DNA of 25,274 nt from a virus, in UHGV virus genome UHGV-0164608. One strand, 5' to 3'. Position numbers and translations under genes: made by a program. The notes under the pieces are model-generated. The model was not told where the DNA came from. It worked only from the letters and a program-made list of their open reading frames with translations, and made no database searches. How positions within the stretch are numbered: the first letter of the stretch is position 1; every line of letters starts with the position of its first letter. Below are positions 1 through 8,606 of the stretch, in pieces.

Positions 1-47
1 GAGATTAGCGAGTGTCTCGTGGGCTCGGAGATGTGTATAAGAGACAG
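1..47. other. Illumina Nextera library adapter at contig end (P7 tail GAGAT, 8-nt index TAGCGAGT, read-2 adapter GTCTCGTGGGCTCGG, mosaic end AGATGTGTATAAGAGACAG); not biological sequence
   Basis: Bases 14-47 read GTCTCGTGGGCTCGGAGATGTGTATAAGAGACAG exactly, preceded by an 8-nt index-like block and GAGAT. The tail-fibre reading frame runs straight into it. Confidence 0.9.
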
Positions 48-1140
48 GAACAGGGACACCAACAGGTAATGCAGAGCCTTCTCCCAAACCAAGGTATGCG
101 AGAAGACCAGCAACATCCTTTCCACTCAAATTAGTCAGCGTATTGTCCAGCGGTTGTTTACCTGCCAGTGCATTAAGCATTGTCGTGGCAAAGTTCGGGT
201 CATTCCCCAGCGCCGCCGCCAGTTCGTTCAGTGTATCCAGTGTCGCAGGTGCAGAACCCACCATTGCCGCAATCGCCGATTTCACAAAAGCCGTGGTGGC
301 AATCTGTGTATTGTTGACCGACTGCGCCGCCGTGGGGGCTGTTGGCGTTCCGGTGAGTGCCGGACTCGACAGCGGCGCTTTCAGTGCCAGCGCATTGTTA
401 ATGGTGGTACTGAATTTCGGATCATTGTTAATGGCTACGGCTATTTCTTTCAGCGTGTCCAGCGTGGCTGGCGCACCATTAATAAGAGCCGTCAGTGCCT
501 CCTGAACAAACGCGGTGGTCGCAACCTGCGTGGTGTTATTCCCCGCCGCTGGCGTTGGCGCTTTGGGTGTCCCGGTAAACGTAGGACTTTCTTTCTGTGC
601 ATACTGTGAATGCGGGTCCGGTGCGGCAAGATGTTTTGCCATCTGATCATCCGCGTACACCTTCAGCTCCAGTACCTTATCATCCACATACTTGCGGGTT
701 GCCAGCACTACGGCAGGGTCGATTTTCAGGGTGATATTGTCCGTGCTGCTGGTAATCAACACCATACGCACGGTCTGGGTACGCCCGCTGCCTTCAGCCA
801 GTTGCGGCTTATAGCTTTCCGGGCAGTTGCCCACGGCAATCAATGCCCCGGACTCATCAAACAGGCCCACTTCACGTATCCACCAACCGCCCTCGTTTTC
901 AGGGATCACCTGTTCAGCAATAATCTGGCTGCTGTTCTGCGGGTCGATATAGAGCATATTCAGCGCAGCCCGGCGTTTCTCATTTACCAGTGCTGTCTGC
1001 TTTGCGTCCGGCGTTGGTAATGTTCCGCCGCCATCGCCGACCGCCATATGGGTAATTTTTAAAGGCACACCGAGCGCGGCGGCGCTGGCAAGTTTCGCCG
1101 CGCCAATATCCGTCAGCAGGGTATAAAATTTTGTGCTCAT
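48..1140 (-). CDS. H: Tail fibre protein (P2 gpH-like), N-terminal ~364 codons only; 3' part lost at contig/adapter boundary
   Basis: Manual minus-strand translation from ATG at 1140 gives MSTKFYTLLTDIGAAKLASAAALGVPLKITHMAVGDGGG...YKPQLAEGSGRTQT...ATLDTLNELAAALGNDPNFATTMLNALAGKQPL, matching the P2 gpH N-terminus and collar repeats. The start overlaps the gpI stop (ATGA). It is absent from the ORF track because it has no stop inside the window. Confidence 0.85.
148..585 (-). repeat. Two tandem in-frame ~73-codon repeat units inside the tail-fibre gene (TGTP-x-APT...TTQ[VI]ATTAFV...APATLDTL[KN]E[IL]A...NDP[KN]F[SA]TT...NALA...PL)
   Basis: The motif is seen twice in the H translation. The same duplication shows as repeated peptide strings in the antisense plus-strand ORF 143..505. 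Confidence 0.6.
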
Positions 1141-1742
1141 GGATTCACTCTCATTGTGTCAATAACATGGACCGCCCCGCCTTCATGCGCGGTGCCGCCG
1201 GAAATAATTGTTTCGTTGATATACGGATAGATCGTGATTTCTTCGCCAAGATAGCTGGCGGCTCCCACCCAATGCGGGCCGCTGGTATGCAGATTGATGG
1301 ACATGCCGATCATGTGACGGCTACATGGTTTGGCATCGCTTATCAGTCGCTCAAGTTCCAGATAGGTATCTTCAGTGATGCCCTGGTCCTGCACGCCGAT
1401 ATCCAGGCGAAACGTGCCCGGTGCCTCTCCGGTCTGCCACCACTCAATAATGCGGATCAGAAAGCCGAACGGCTCCACCACCCGCCGCACGGCACTGGTG
1501 GTCCCTTTATGCTGATGAATATAAAAAGCATCCTTCACCACCTGGCGCTTGACGCTTTCTGTCCAGCCCTCGTCCCAGCGATCCACAGAGAACGCCCAGG
1601 CGAGATAAGGCAGGAAACTGACCGGACAGGTTGCCGGATTCCACAAGTCACGCAGCGGCACCTGCAGATCAGAAATCCCGCTGCAGGTTTGCGCCAGTCG
1701 GCGCTCCAGTGGTGTTGAACCCGGTGGCAGCAGACTATTCAT
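1137..1742 (-). CDS. I: Baseplate assembly protein (P2 gpI-like)
   Basis: 201-aa product with LPPGSTPLE...RDLWNPATCP...LPYLAWAFSVDRWDEGW, as in P2 gpI. ATG at 1742 preceded by GGAGGAA. Overlaps J by 8 nt. Confidence 0.9.
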   Translation of the reverse strand: MNSLLPPGSTPLERRLAQTCSGISDLQVPLRDLWNPATCPVSFLPYLAWAFSVDRWDEGWTESVKRQVVKDAFYIHQHKGTTSAVRRVVEPFGFLIRIIEWWQTGEAPGTFRLDIGVQDQGITEDTYLELERLISDAKPCSRHMIGMSINLHTSGPHWVGAASYLGEEITIYPYINETIISGGTAHEGGAVHVIDTMRVNP

Positions 1743-2643
1743 CCGTTCCTCCGTTGGTTACGCTCCACTGCGTACATGATGCCGCCTGTGTTTTGTTCAG
1801 GACCACATCCGCCAGCGGCGAAGCCAGCTCCACACGCTGCACACCCTCAACATGCAGGGCGGCAAAGATGGCGCTACGGCGAATATCCCGGCCAAGACGC
1901 GTCTGACTGGCGATATACTTCTGCAGACTGGCTTTTGCCGCTGCCATTACCGGCTCTGCTTCCGGTCCCGGATAGAGAAAAATGGTGGCTTCCACGCGGT
2001 ACGGGATGATTTCTGCGCTGCGAACCGTCAGACGGTCAGCCACCGGGCGGACGTTCTCACTGTTCAGAGCTTTTTCCACCACGTCCAGCAGGTCTTTTTC
2101 TGCAGTTCCGTCGCCTTCGCGGCTCAGGACAGTCAGCACCACCTCTGCAGGTGCCGGGCTGGTTGCACTGGCATCCGCCACCCGACCGTCGGCGCTTCGG
2201 GCATGAAATTCATAAGCTGCAGTTGGCCCCGCAACAGAAAGCCCTTCAAAGGCTGCAGGCACACGCAGGCGTAACGCTTCATCGCTTTCCATCACAGCTG
2301 CAACGGGCGGCACAGCATCATTATCAGCAGGCGTCACCGTCAGGCGTGTCACGTTGTAGTTGGCAGCGAGCTGGTCCAGATCGCTCCCTATGGCATAAGC
2401 CACCATCACCGCCTGCGCGGCTTCGTTAATGCGCTGGCGCAGAAGCAACTCACGATAAGCATTCTCCTGCAACAATTTGGTGACGGGTTCAGATTCCAGT
2501 TCCAGGGTACGCATCACAGCCTCCTGTTCATCTTTCGGATGAAGCGCCACAAATTCGGCCTTGCGTTCGGCAAGCAGCGTCTCAAAGTCCGGCACATCCA
2601 CAATCTGCGGCGCAGGCAACTGCGAAAGGTCAATCACTGCCAT
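1735..2643 (-). CDS. J: Baseplate assembly protein (P2 gpJ-like), 302 aa from internal ATG
   Basis: MAVIDLSQLPAPQIVDVPDFETLLAERKAEF aligns with the P2 gpJ N-terminus. ATG at 2643 with AGGAG 7 nt upstream. The track's longer ORF (to 2682) starts 13 codons further upstream. Confidence 0.9.
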   Translation of the reverse strand: MAVIDLSQLPAPQIVDVPDFETLLAERKAEFVALHPKDEQEAVMRTLELESEPVTKLLQENAYRELLLRQRINEAAQAVMVAYAIGSDLDQLAANYNVTRLTVTPADNDAVPPVAAVMESDEALRLRVPAAFEGLSVAGPTAAYEFHARSADGRVADASATSPAPAEVVLTVLSREGDGTAEKDLLDVVEKALNSENVRPVADRLTVRSAEIIPYRVEATIFLYPGPEAEPVMAAAKASLQKYIASQTRLGRDIRRSAIFAALHVEGVQRVELASPLADVVLNKTQAASCTQWSVTNGGTDE

Positions 2644-2989
2644 TCTCTGCTCCTGTTGATACGGAAAGGGAAACAGGCACACCGTTATTACGCCGCCCGG
2701 TCAGCTCCACCACCATTGAACCGTCAAAATTGCTGTTAATGGTGATGGAATCCAGCGTCAGCCGTGGCTCCCAGCGACTCAGCGCCACATACACTGCCGA
2801 CATGACCTGCAGGCGTAATGCCGGATTTTGTGACTGGTCTATCAGTGCCGACAGCAGAGAACCATATTCCCGACGGGCAATACGGCTACCCTGCGGTGTC
2901 AGCAGAATGTCCCGCACCGACTGGCGCAGATGGTCAATATCAGTAATGGCTTTGCCGCTGGTATTATTCATCCCGCTATAAAGCGTCAT
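2630..2989 (-). CDS. W: Baseplate wedge protein (P2 gpW / gp25-like)
   Basis: 119-aa product. ATG at 2989 overlaps the V stop (ATGA). Size and position match P2 W. Confidence 0.88.
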   Translation of the reverse strand: MTLYSGMNNTSGKAITDIDHLRQSVRDILLTPQGSRIARREYGSLLSALIDQSQNPALRLQVMSAVYVALSRWEPRLTLDSITINSNFDGSMVVELTGRRNNGVPVSLSVSTGAENGSD

Positions 2990-3564
2990 ACCGGACCTCC
3001 GGTTGTGTCGCCGCCTTTCAGGACGCCAGTATGCTGATGCGCATCAACCACAATCCCGTTAGAACTCATCGCTCCGCCGCCCTGGGTAACGCCACCATTG
3101 ATCACCACTTCGCTGTTAATGCGCGTGCGGTCAGCCTCCAGTACAAACTCACTGGTTTTCATGGTGATGTTGTCGACAGCCTCAATGACCATTGATTTGA
3201 TGCCCCTGACATACCAGCGCCCGGTGGCGGGTTCGTATTCAAACCAGCCACCGTCAGGATGTTCTGTCACGCAGGCGTCCGCCGACGTCGACGGTGGAGC
3301 GAACTGATTCGAATAGACAGCGGGCAACGCAAAGGCGGTTTCAAGATTTCCGCCCAGACTCAGCAGCACCACCTGTTCACCTTCCGTTGGTCGCCACCAT
3401 GTGCGGGCATTCCCGGCACGCAGCGTCAGCCAGCTGATCCAGTTGGTTTCAAGGTCGCCCGTTTTCACCCGACAAAGCCAGTTTTCCCTGTCCACTTCGG
3501 TGACTACCCCTGTGCGGATCAGGTTGGTGATGAGGCGCATGATTTCGGTTAGTTGTGCGTTCAT
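2986..3564 (-). CDS. V: Baseplate spike / assembly protein (P2 gpV-like)
   Basis: 192-aa product MNAQ...IRTG.V.E.D...RCRV.TG...W..WL..RAG..RTWW.P..GEQV, closely parallel to P2 gpV. Confidence 0.9.
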   Translation of the reverse strand: MNAQLTEIMRLITNLIRTGVVTEVDRENWLCRVKTGDLETNWISWLTLRAGNARTWWRPTEGEQVVLLSLGGNLETAFALPAVYSNQFAPPSTSADACVTEHPDGGWFEYEPATGRWYVRGIKSMVIEAVDNITMKTSEFVLEADRTRINSEVVINGGVTQGGGAMSSNGIVVDAHQHTGVLKGGDTTGGPV

Positions 3565-3610
3565 AGGGAAAGGTTGCCATCAGGGGAAGAAAGGCGGCAG
3601 TGCTGCAACT

Positions 3611-3628
3611 TGTATCAGTGCTGATACA
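3611..3628. promoter_or_regulatory. Perfect dyad TGTATCAGTGCTGATACA (TGT-N12-ACA) between S and V; candidate Ogr/B-type late-activator binding site
   Basis: TGT at 3611-3613 and ACA at 3626-3628 with 12-nt spacer, fully palindromic, centred about 55 nt upstream of the V start codon. P2-family late promoters carry TGT-N12-ACA upstream of -35. Confidence 0.5.
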
Positions 3629-3632
3629 AAGA

Positions 3633-4079
3633 TCACCCCGCCAGCCATTGCAGAATCATGTCGCGGGTCATTGCCTCAACATCATCATTTACACCCAGCA
3701 GGCGGCGCTCTGCGTAACGGACCTCCGGTCCTTTGCGACTGACGCGATCACGCAGGCCGTAATGGTGAACACGGGCAATACGCTGCACCTTGCCTTCAAA
3801 CTGTACGCTGGCAGAGTCGGCGCTGGCGGCAGTTTTCAGGTATTTTGTGGTGCGCAGCTTTGCAAACATCTGACGTTTGATGCGCCCCTTCTTGCTGCGT
3901 GCTGTTACCCTGCGCGGTTCATAACTGCTGCCATCTGGATTGCGCTGCATCCTGATATTCTGCTGCTGTGTCCGGCGCAGTTCCTGCGCCAGCTGGCGCA
4001 TCATGCGGCTTCTCGTGGCTGGTTCCAGATTCGCCAGCAAGGCACTCAGCCAGTCGTCCATCTTCTGCAGTTCAGCCAC
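3633..4079 (-). CDS. S: Tail completion protein (P2 gpS-like)
   Basis: 148-aa basic protein in the gpS position. The track start at 4079 is GTG; an in-frame ATG at 4061 is an alternative start. Confidence 0.85.
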   Translation of the reverse strand: MAELQKMDDWLSALLANLEPATRSRMMRQLAQELRRTQQQNIRMQRNPDGSSYEPRRVTARSKKGRIKRQMFAKLRTTKYLKTAASADSASVQFEGKVQRIARVHHYGLRDRVSRKGPEVRYAERRLLGVNDDVEAMTRDMILQWLAG

Positions 4080-4503
4080 GTTTCACCGTCCACATTTCTT
4101 CAGGTTCATCGGGTTCTGCTACAGCTTCAACGCTCGACACACTGCCGTCAGTGCTGACCAGCACACGTTCCGTCAGTTGCAGGTTAAGGCTGATATCACA
4201 GACATCGTTGCGCAAAATATCCACATCAAAGGTGAATAGCTTTTCCCGTAACGCCGGGTTATTGATGGCATCGGGCTGGTTATCCCGAAGCCACAGTAAA
4301 ACCGGGGCCATCAGCAGATTCTGGTCGCCACTGAAATCCTCTATCACCACGTTCAGGGTATAGCGGTACTCCCATGACATGGAGCTGGCCCCCGTGGCAA
4401 CCAGCGAACCGTTATCCACAAACAGATGCAGTTTGTCCGGGTTATTGCGGACATAAGGCACCGCTTTATTGAGGGCGTGGCGCAGGGATTGTGGTTTGTT
4501 CAC
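4072..4503 (-). CDS. R: Tail completion protein (P2 gpR-like), probable GTG start
   Basis: VNKPQSLRHALNKAVPYVRNNPDKLHLFVDNGS resembles the P2 gpR N-terminus. GTG at 4503 has AGGAG 7 nt upstream. The track's TTG start at 4524 is 7 codons further upstream. Confidence 0.85.
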   Translation of the reverse strand: MNKPQSLRHALNKAVPYVRNNPDKLHLFVDNGSLVATGASSMSWEYRYTLNVVIEDFSGDQNLLMAPVLLWLRDNQPDAINNPALREKLFTFDVDILRNDVCDISLNLQLTERVLVSTDGSVSSVEAVAEPDEPEEMWTVKRG

Positions 4504-4756
4504 TGTTTCGCTCCTGACACGCAATAATCATGTCCACTTTGTCTGCACAGACCGCCCAGGCGGCCTCCGTTTCATCCAACAACGCGTTCAGATCACCGTT
4601 AGTGCGCGGCGCTGCCTGCTCCAGCCGACACGGTGTCACTCGCGGACAACCACTGACGATAAGCTGCACCTCCGGTGAGTGCCGAACGTTCCCGCAGCCG
4701 GATAATGTCAGCAGGCAAAGGAGTATCAGCCCAGCGGCGTAAATCCTCGTTCTCAC
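4466..4756 (-). CDS. lysC: Outer-membrane spanin lipoprotein (P2 LysC / Rz1-like), overlapping lysB out of frame
   Basis: 96-aa product with signal peptide and lipobox LTLSGC, proline-rich tail. The 5' part lies inside lysB in another frame, as for Rz1-type genes. Confidence 0.75.
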   Translation of the reverse strand: MRTRIYAAGLILLCLLTLSGCGNVRHSPEVQLIVSGCPRVTPCRLEQAAPRTNGDLNALLDETEAAWAVCADKVDMIIACQERNSEQTTIPAPRPQ

Positions 4757-5027
4757 GTTTCAGTTCCTCGATCCGGTGTTGTCGTTGTCTCAGCAGCGCG
4801 CTGGTCTGTTCTGCTTCGGCATAGAGCCGCGCCTGCTCCCGGTTATTGGTTTCAGTCAGAATGGACAGGCTAATAAGCTGGCTGTTGCTCTTTGCCAGTG
4901 CCTGGCTTTTGCTCTGCAGCTCGTCTGCCTGCGTACTAATGGTCTGGCTGGCATCAGCCAGCCGCCACGTCTGCCAGCCCAGCGCCGCCAGTAATAACGC
5001 CAGCACAACCAGCAGCAACCGGTTCAT
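4599..5027 (-). CDS. lysB: Inner-membrane spanin (P2 LysB / Rz-like)
   Basis: 142-aa product with N-terminal TM helix MNRLLLVVLALLLAALGW followed by a coiled-coil region. ATG at 5027 overlaps the upstream stop. Confidence 0.8.
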   Translation of the reverse strand: MNRLLLVVLALLLAALGWQTWRLADASQTISTQADELQSKSQALAKSNSQLISLSILTETNNREQARLYAEAEQTSALLRQRQHRIEELKRENEDLRRWADTPLPADIIRLRERSALTGGAAYRQWLSASDTVSAGAGSAAH

Positions 5028-5401
5028 GCTGCTACCTGTTGCGCCATCTGATTACGGGTGATCCATAAGGCAATAACGGTCAGCAGATAAAAGACCAGGG
5101 TAATAGCCCACCCCGTCCAGGCGAGACTTACGACAATCAGCAATCGCATCACCCAACTGATAAATACGTTTTCTTTTCGGGTAATTGTCTTCAGCAAAGA
5201 TGCCCTTAACTCCTGCCAAAGCGGGCCATTCTTAATTAACGCAGCCAGTGCTACCGGAATTACCGCCCATGTCAGCAAACAGGCTACCCAAACGCCGGAC
5301 GCTGCCAGTACCGGAAAAATCCCCTGCGGATACACCATTGCTGCGATTAACAGCGCCATCCATAACATCAGAAACAGTCCGCTGATTAATTTCTTTTTCA
5401 T
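5024..5401 (-). CDS. lysA: Lysis-accessory membrane protein (P2 LysA-like position)
   Basis: Several hydrophobic helices, starting at the internal ATG at 5401 (MKKKLISGLFLMLWMALLIAA...). The stretch upstream of this ATG in the track ORF overlaps the endolysin gene. Confidence 0.6.
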   Translation of the reverse strand: MKKKLISGLFLMLWMALLIAAMVYPQGIFPVLAASGVWVACLLTWAVIPVALAALIKNGPLWQELRASLLKTITRKENVFISWVMRLLIVVSLAWTGWAITLVFYLLTVIALWITRNQMAQQVAA

Positions 5402-5402
5402 T

Positions 5403-5915
5403 TCAGTTTGCTCCCTGTAAACACCAGGCCATCTCCCGCGCACGGCGGTTATCCAGCCCCTGATTAAACACACCTTTTACATACACCCAGCGCGGTAACT
5501 GTCGGCACGCATCCGCCCAGCGCCGCTGGTTGAGCAATTTCACCAACGTGGAACTGCAGGCATTGCCCGTTCCCACGTTGAAGGCAAACGACACCACCGC
5601 GTCATACACCTTCTGCGGCGGCTGTTGCTTCACACACCTTTCCAGCACCCGCTCCACACGTAGCACGTTGGAGATCAGCCCTTCTGCTGCCTGTCGTTCC
5701 GTAATGGTTTTGCCGGGAATGACGCCCGACGTATTACCAATGCCGTCGGTCCAGACACCCGCGCTGCACTGATACGGCTGCAGACGACAGCCTTCGTAAT
5801 CGGCAATCAGTTTCAGTCCCTCCACGGAGGTGTGAAGCTGCTGAAAACCCGGCAGCGTGGCAGCAATAGCCAGCACGGTCCCGACAAGGCAGCGTTTAAC
5901 GATTGATGGATTCAT
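5403..5915 (-). CDS. SAR endolysin, T4-lysozyme/P21 R-type (GH24)
   Basis: N-terminal weakly hydrophobic signal-anchor (VGTVLAIAATLPG), then YEGCRLQPYQCSAGVWTDGIGNT and SFAFNVGTGNACSSTL, parallel to the P21 R endolysin. ATG at 5915 with GGGAGGA upstream. Confidence 0.85.
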   Translation of the reverse strand: MNPSIVKRCLVGTVLAIAATLPGFQQLHTSVEGLKLIADYEGCRLQPYQCSAGVWTDGIGNTSGVIPGKTITERQAAEGLISNVLRVERVLERCVKQQPPQKVYDAVVSFAFNVGTGNACSSTLVKLLNQRRWADACRQLPRWVYVKGVFNQGLDNRRAREMAWCLQGAN

Positions 5916-6111
5916 AATCCTCCCGCGAGATCTGCCCGTCGCGCAGAAGCTGGTAGGCTTTGTGTTTGTAGTACCAGTTGATAGCCAGCATCAGCACACC
6001 AATCATCAGGCCGCCCAGCGTTGAGGCATCCTTGATGGACAAATCGCCCAGCCAGGCCAGCACGACGGCGATGCAATACGTGATAAAGGCGCTGATTCGC
6101 TCAAGCGTCAT
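5896..6111 (-). CDS. Holin, two-TMD pinholin-like
   Basis: 71-aa product with two hydrophobic helices and a charged C-terminus, immediately upstream of the SAR endolysin. Confidence 0.65.
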   Translation of the reverse strand: MTLERISAFITYCIAVVLAWLGDLSIKDASTLGGLMIGVLMLAINWYYKHKAYQLLRDGQISREDYESINR

Positions 6112-6114
6112 AAT

Positions 6115-6318
6115 TCAGTCCCATAGCTGGACGGTCTGCACGGTGGTGGTGGTCGGAATGTCCGGCAGCTCCACCTGCAGCCCGTGAGGTAAAAAGGGGC
6201 CGTGTTCGGCAAGCCCCGGATTTGCCTTCAGTACCTGCTCCGTGACACCCTGTGTACGCCCGTAATGACGCCAGCAAAGCGCGTCCACCGTGTCATACTG
6301 ATGCGCACGTACTTTCAT
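6115..6318 (-). CDS. X: Tail protein X (P2 gpX-like)
   Basis: 67-aa product ...YGRTQGVTEQVLKANPGLAEHGPFLPHG.QVELPD, matching P2 gpX in size and sequence. Confidence 0.85.
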   Translation of the reverse strand: MKVRAHQYDTVDALCWRHYGRTQGVTEQVLKANPGLAEHGPFLPHGLQVELPDIPTTTTVQTVQLWD

Positions 6319-6782
6319 CAGATAAGCTCCACAGTGCAGTGCGGCGCATCCTGCACCCGGCTGACGGCCCAGCGGGCGTCACGCCACAAATCACCGCTGG
6401 CTTCTGCCAGTTCTTCGCCTCGCTTCACACCGGATGCCGTGGCGTCATAGTCCTGGTATCGTTCGTTGAGCATGGCGCGTGCCCAGCAGTAAACCGCGTT
6501 GAAATAGTGCTGAATGCGCTCACTTTTCCCGTCCAGCTGTTCTGCCGGAACCTCTGCCAGCGAGGCATACCCCAGCATCTGCTGGCGTCTGCGAAACTCA
6601 TACAGCTCTGCGTTGACCTCCGAAATTGCCGACAGCGCAACCTGCTTTAAACGCGACTGCGTCACCGTGCCGTCAGTGCGCATCACGCTGCGAAACTCCG
6701 ACAGGTCCACATCAGGCCAGAACGGCGTATTTCTGATGATTTCCGCCTGTTCCGGTGCCTGTTCTGGCGCAACAAACTTCAT
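6318..6782 (-). CDS. L: Head completion/stabilisation protein (P2 gpL-like)
   Basis: ...NAELYEFRRRQ...ELWRDARWAV.R.Q..P.C resembles P2 gpL. Internal ATG at 6782 has AGGAGAAA upstream; the track ORF begins at a GTG at 6845. Confidence 0.85.
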   Translation of the reverse strand: MKFVAPEQAPEQAEIIRNTPFWPDVDLSEFRSVMRTDGTVTQSRLKQVALSAISEVNAELYEFRRRQQMLGYASLAEVPAEQLDGKSERIQHYFNAVYCWARAMLNERYQDYDATASGVKRGEELAEASGDLWRDARWAVSRVQDAPHCTVELI

Positions 6783-6877
6783 GCTGCTTTCTCCTGAAAT
6801 AGAGGGCGGTGGACGGGGTTTTGATGTGGCGGTGCCTTTCGCCACCCCGTGCCGCCCGTGCGCGGGGGCACGTTCTG

Positions 6878-7528
6878 TCAGCGGCTGTCATTGCGCAGTC
6901 TGCGCTCCAGCTGCTGTTTGTCTTTTTTCACGCCACAGCGGGGATCGAGCTGTAACGCATGGTTGAGATGATTAAGGGCGGAAGCCGGATTGCTTTCACT
7001 CAGGACAGCGCCAATCGCTTTATGCAGACGCGCCCGTGATTGGTCCGGCATATCCAGACCGTCTGTCAGCTCCAGCGTCTGCAGCAACAGATCGGCATCA
7101 AAGCCGGTGGCGGCAAGCATTGCGCTCTGCGCTGCATCTGCCATTTCCTCTGCCAGCACGGTCTGCACGTTGCGGTTACCCAGCGGCATCACCCAGCCAT
7201 GACGCAGGGCATGACGCCCGATCTCCAGCGCCCCGGCATAATCTCCGGCATCAATGCGCCACAGCATCACGTACATCAGCACGTCATCCTGTTGAGCGCC
7301 TCCGGCAGCCAGGACGCCCTCCGCCCAGGCGGCATATTTCGGCAGCAGCTTCACCTTTATTTCCGCTTTTTTCACCGTGGACTGAACGCCCTTGAGACGG
7401 CGGCGGTCTTCCGCCAGTTGCAGCAGCATCAGGTCATAGCCCGACGCGTGGCGAACACTGCCGCCTTCACGGGCGGCCTGTTCAGCCTGAACGCGCAGGC
7501 GATGCTGCCGTGCGGGACTCAGGCTCAT
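6878..7528 (-). CDS. M: Terminase small/endonuclease subunit (P2 gpM-like)
   Basis: 216-aa product in the gpM position of the O-N-M-L operon, ATG at 7528. Confidence 0.85.
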   Translation of the reverse strand: MSLSPARQHRLRVQAEQAAREGGSVRHASGYDLMLLQLAEDRRRLKGVQSTVKKAEIKVKLLPKYAAWAEGVLAAGGAQQDDVLMYVMLWRIDAGDYAGALEIGRHALRHGWVMPLGNRNVQTVLAEEMADAAQSAMLAATGFDADLLLQTLELTDGLDMPDQSRARLHKAIGAVLSESNPASALNHLNHALQLDPRCGVKKDKQQLERRLRNDSR

Positions 7529-7531
7529 AGG

Positions 7532-8590
7532 TTACGCTCCGGCTTCTGCTGCGGCGGCGCTGAAATCGCCAATCTGGATGTTTTCCACCAGTGCGGCGCA
7601 GCGGTAGTCCTCAACCACATAGGCTTCGTTAACAGATTCAAAGTTTTCAATCCGGTCACGTTTCGGGTTGTCGATAACTGAACGACGGCGGGTGTCTTCC
7701 TGCCAGTAGATGGACAGGTTATCCAGACGGGTGATCAGCAGCGCATTCGGCGGGAAGAACGGCGCACGCACGGCCTGCAGACCGCCCATGCGTTTCTGAC
7801 TGATAATCATATCGGCTGCCAGTTTTTCACTGTTTTCCTGCTCTTTGTTGACCAGCGGGAAATACTTGTCAGACAGCAGTTCACGACCGCAAATCACCAC
7901 CAGATCGTCATCGTCCTGGTAGACCACGTCGATAAGCTCATTAACGGCATCCATCACCACGGCGTCCAGGTTGGCATATTCGCCACCTTTACCGACTTTC
8001 ACCGCACCCGGTGTGGTTTCACCGCCCGTGGTGGTGCTGCCCATGACGTGATCCGGTGCATCCTCACGGATTTTCTGCAGCCAGCCTTTGTTCACATCCT
8101 GCAGCAGCGGGTTTTCGCTGCGGTTGGAGGTTTTCGCACGCTTCACGCCGTTAAAGCCGATCATGATGCGGTCCAGTGCCTGACGTTTCACGATGGCGTC
8201 ACGGATACGCACCTGGAAATCCTGAAACTTCGCCCACAGGTCCAGCTTCGCGTAGGTCAGTACCGTGTCAAAGTTGGTCTGCTCGCATTTGTATTCCACA
8301 TCGACCATCAGCGTAGGATCGACAGGTTCACGCTCTTTCGCGGTGGTGTCAGTGGTTCCGGCAATGGTGCTACCAACACCCAACCCCAGCAGCTGACCGG
8401 ACTGCTCAGTCACTGGCGTGACGTTAATCAGCGTCAGGAAAGCGGCGGACTGCTGGATCTGGTCTTCCAGCGTCTGCTGCACAGACGGCTCTACGGTGAA
8501 CTTGCTGGACAGTTCTTCAACTGCCACACCGTTCAGACGCGCCAGCTGCTGCAGGTAAGCGTTAAAAGCAAAGCGGGTATTCTTCTTCAT
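7532..8590 (-). CDS. N: Major capsid protein (P2 gpN-like)
   Basis: 352-aa product, size and position as P2 gpN. Confidence 0.92.
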   Translation of the reverse strand: MKKNTRFAFNAYLQQLARLNGVAVEELSSKFTVEPSVQQTLEDQIQQSAAFLTLINVTPVTEQSGQLLGLGVGSTIAGTTDTTAKEREPVDPTLMVDVEYKCEQTNFDTVLTYAKLDLWAKFQDFQVRIRDAIVKRQALDRIMIGFNGVKRAKTSNRSENPLLQDVNKGWLQKIREDAPDHVMGSTTTGGETTPGAVKVGKGGEYANLDAVVMDAVNELIDVVYQDDDDLVVICGRELLSDKYFPLVNKEQENSEKLAADMIISQKRMGGLQAVRAPFFPPNALLITRLDNLSIYWQEDTRRRSVIDNPKRDRIENFESVNEAYVVEDYRCAALVENIQIGDFSAAAAEAGA

Positions 8591-8606
8591 CGGGTTTTAT
8601 GCTCCA

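Noticed and set aside
143-1020. Plus-strand ORFs 143..505, 154..609 and 610..1020
   Set aside because: They are antisense to the tail-fibre gene H, whose translation matches P2 gpH. The repetitive Ala/Ser-rich peptides are the mirror of the H collar repeats.
1735-2682. Longer N-terminal extensions of several track ORFs (J to 2682, lysA to 5473, L to 6845, dinI-like to 16049, small ORF to 16278, cII to 21199, apl to 21516, accessory gene 1 to 14643)
   Set aside because: Internal starts with good Shine-Dalgarno sequences give proteins matching P2/186 lengths and remove overlaps with upstream genes. Several track starts are GTG or TTG codons translated as M.
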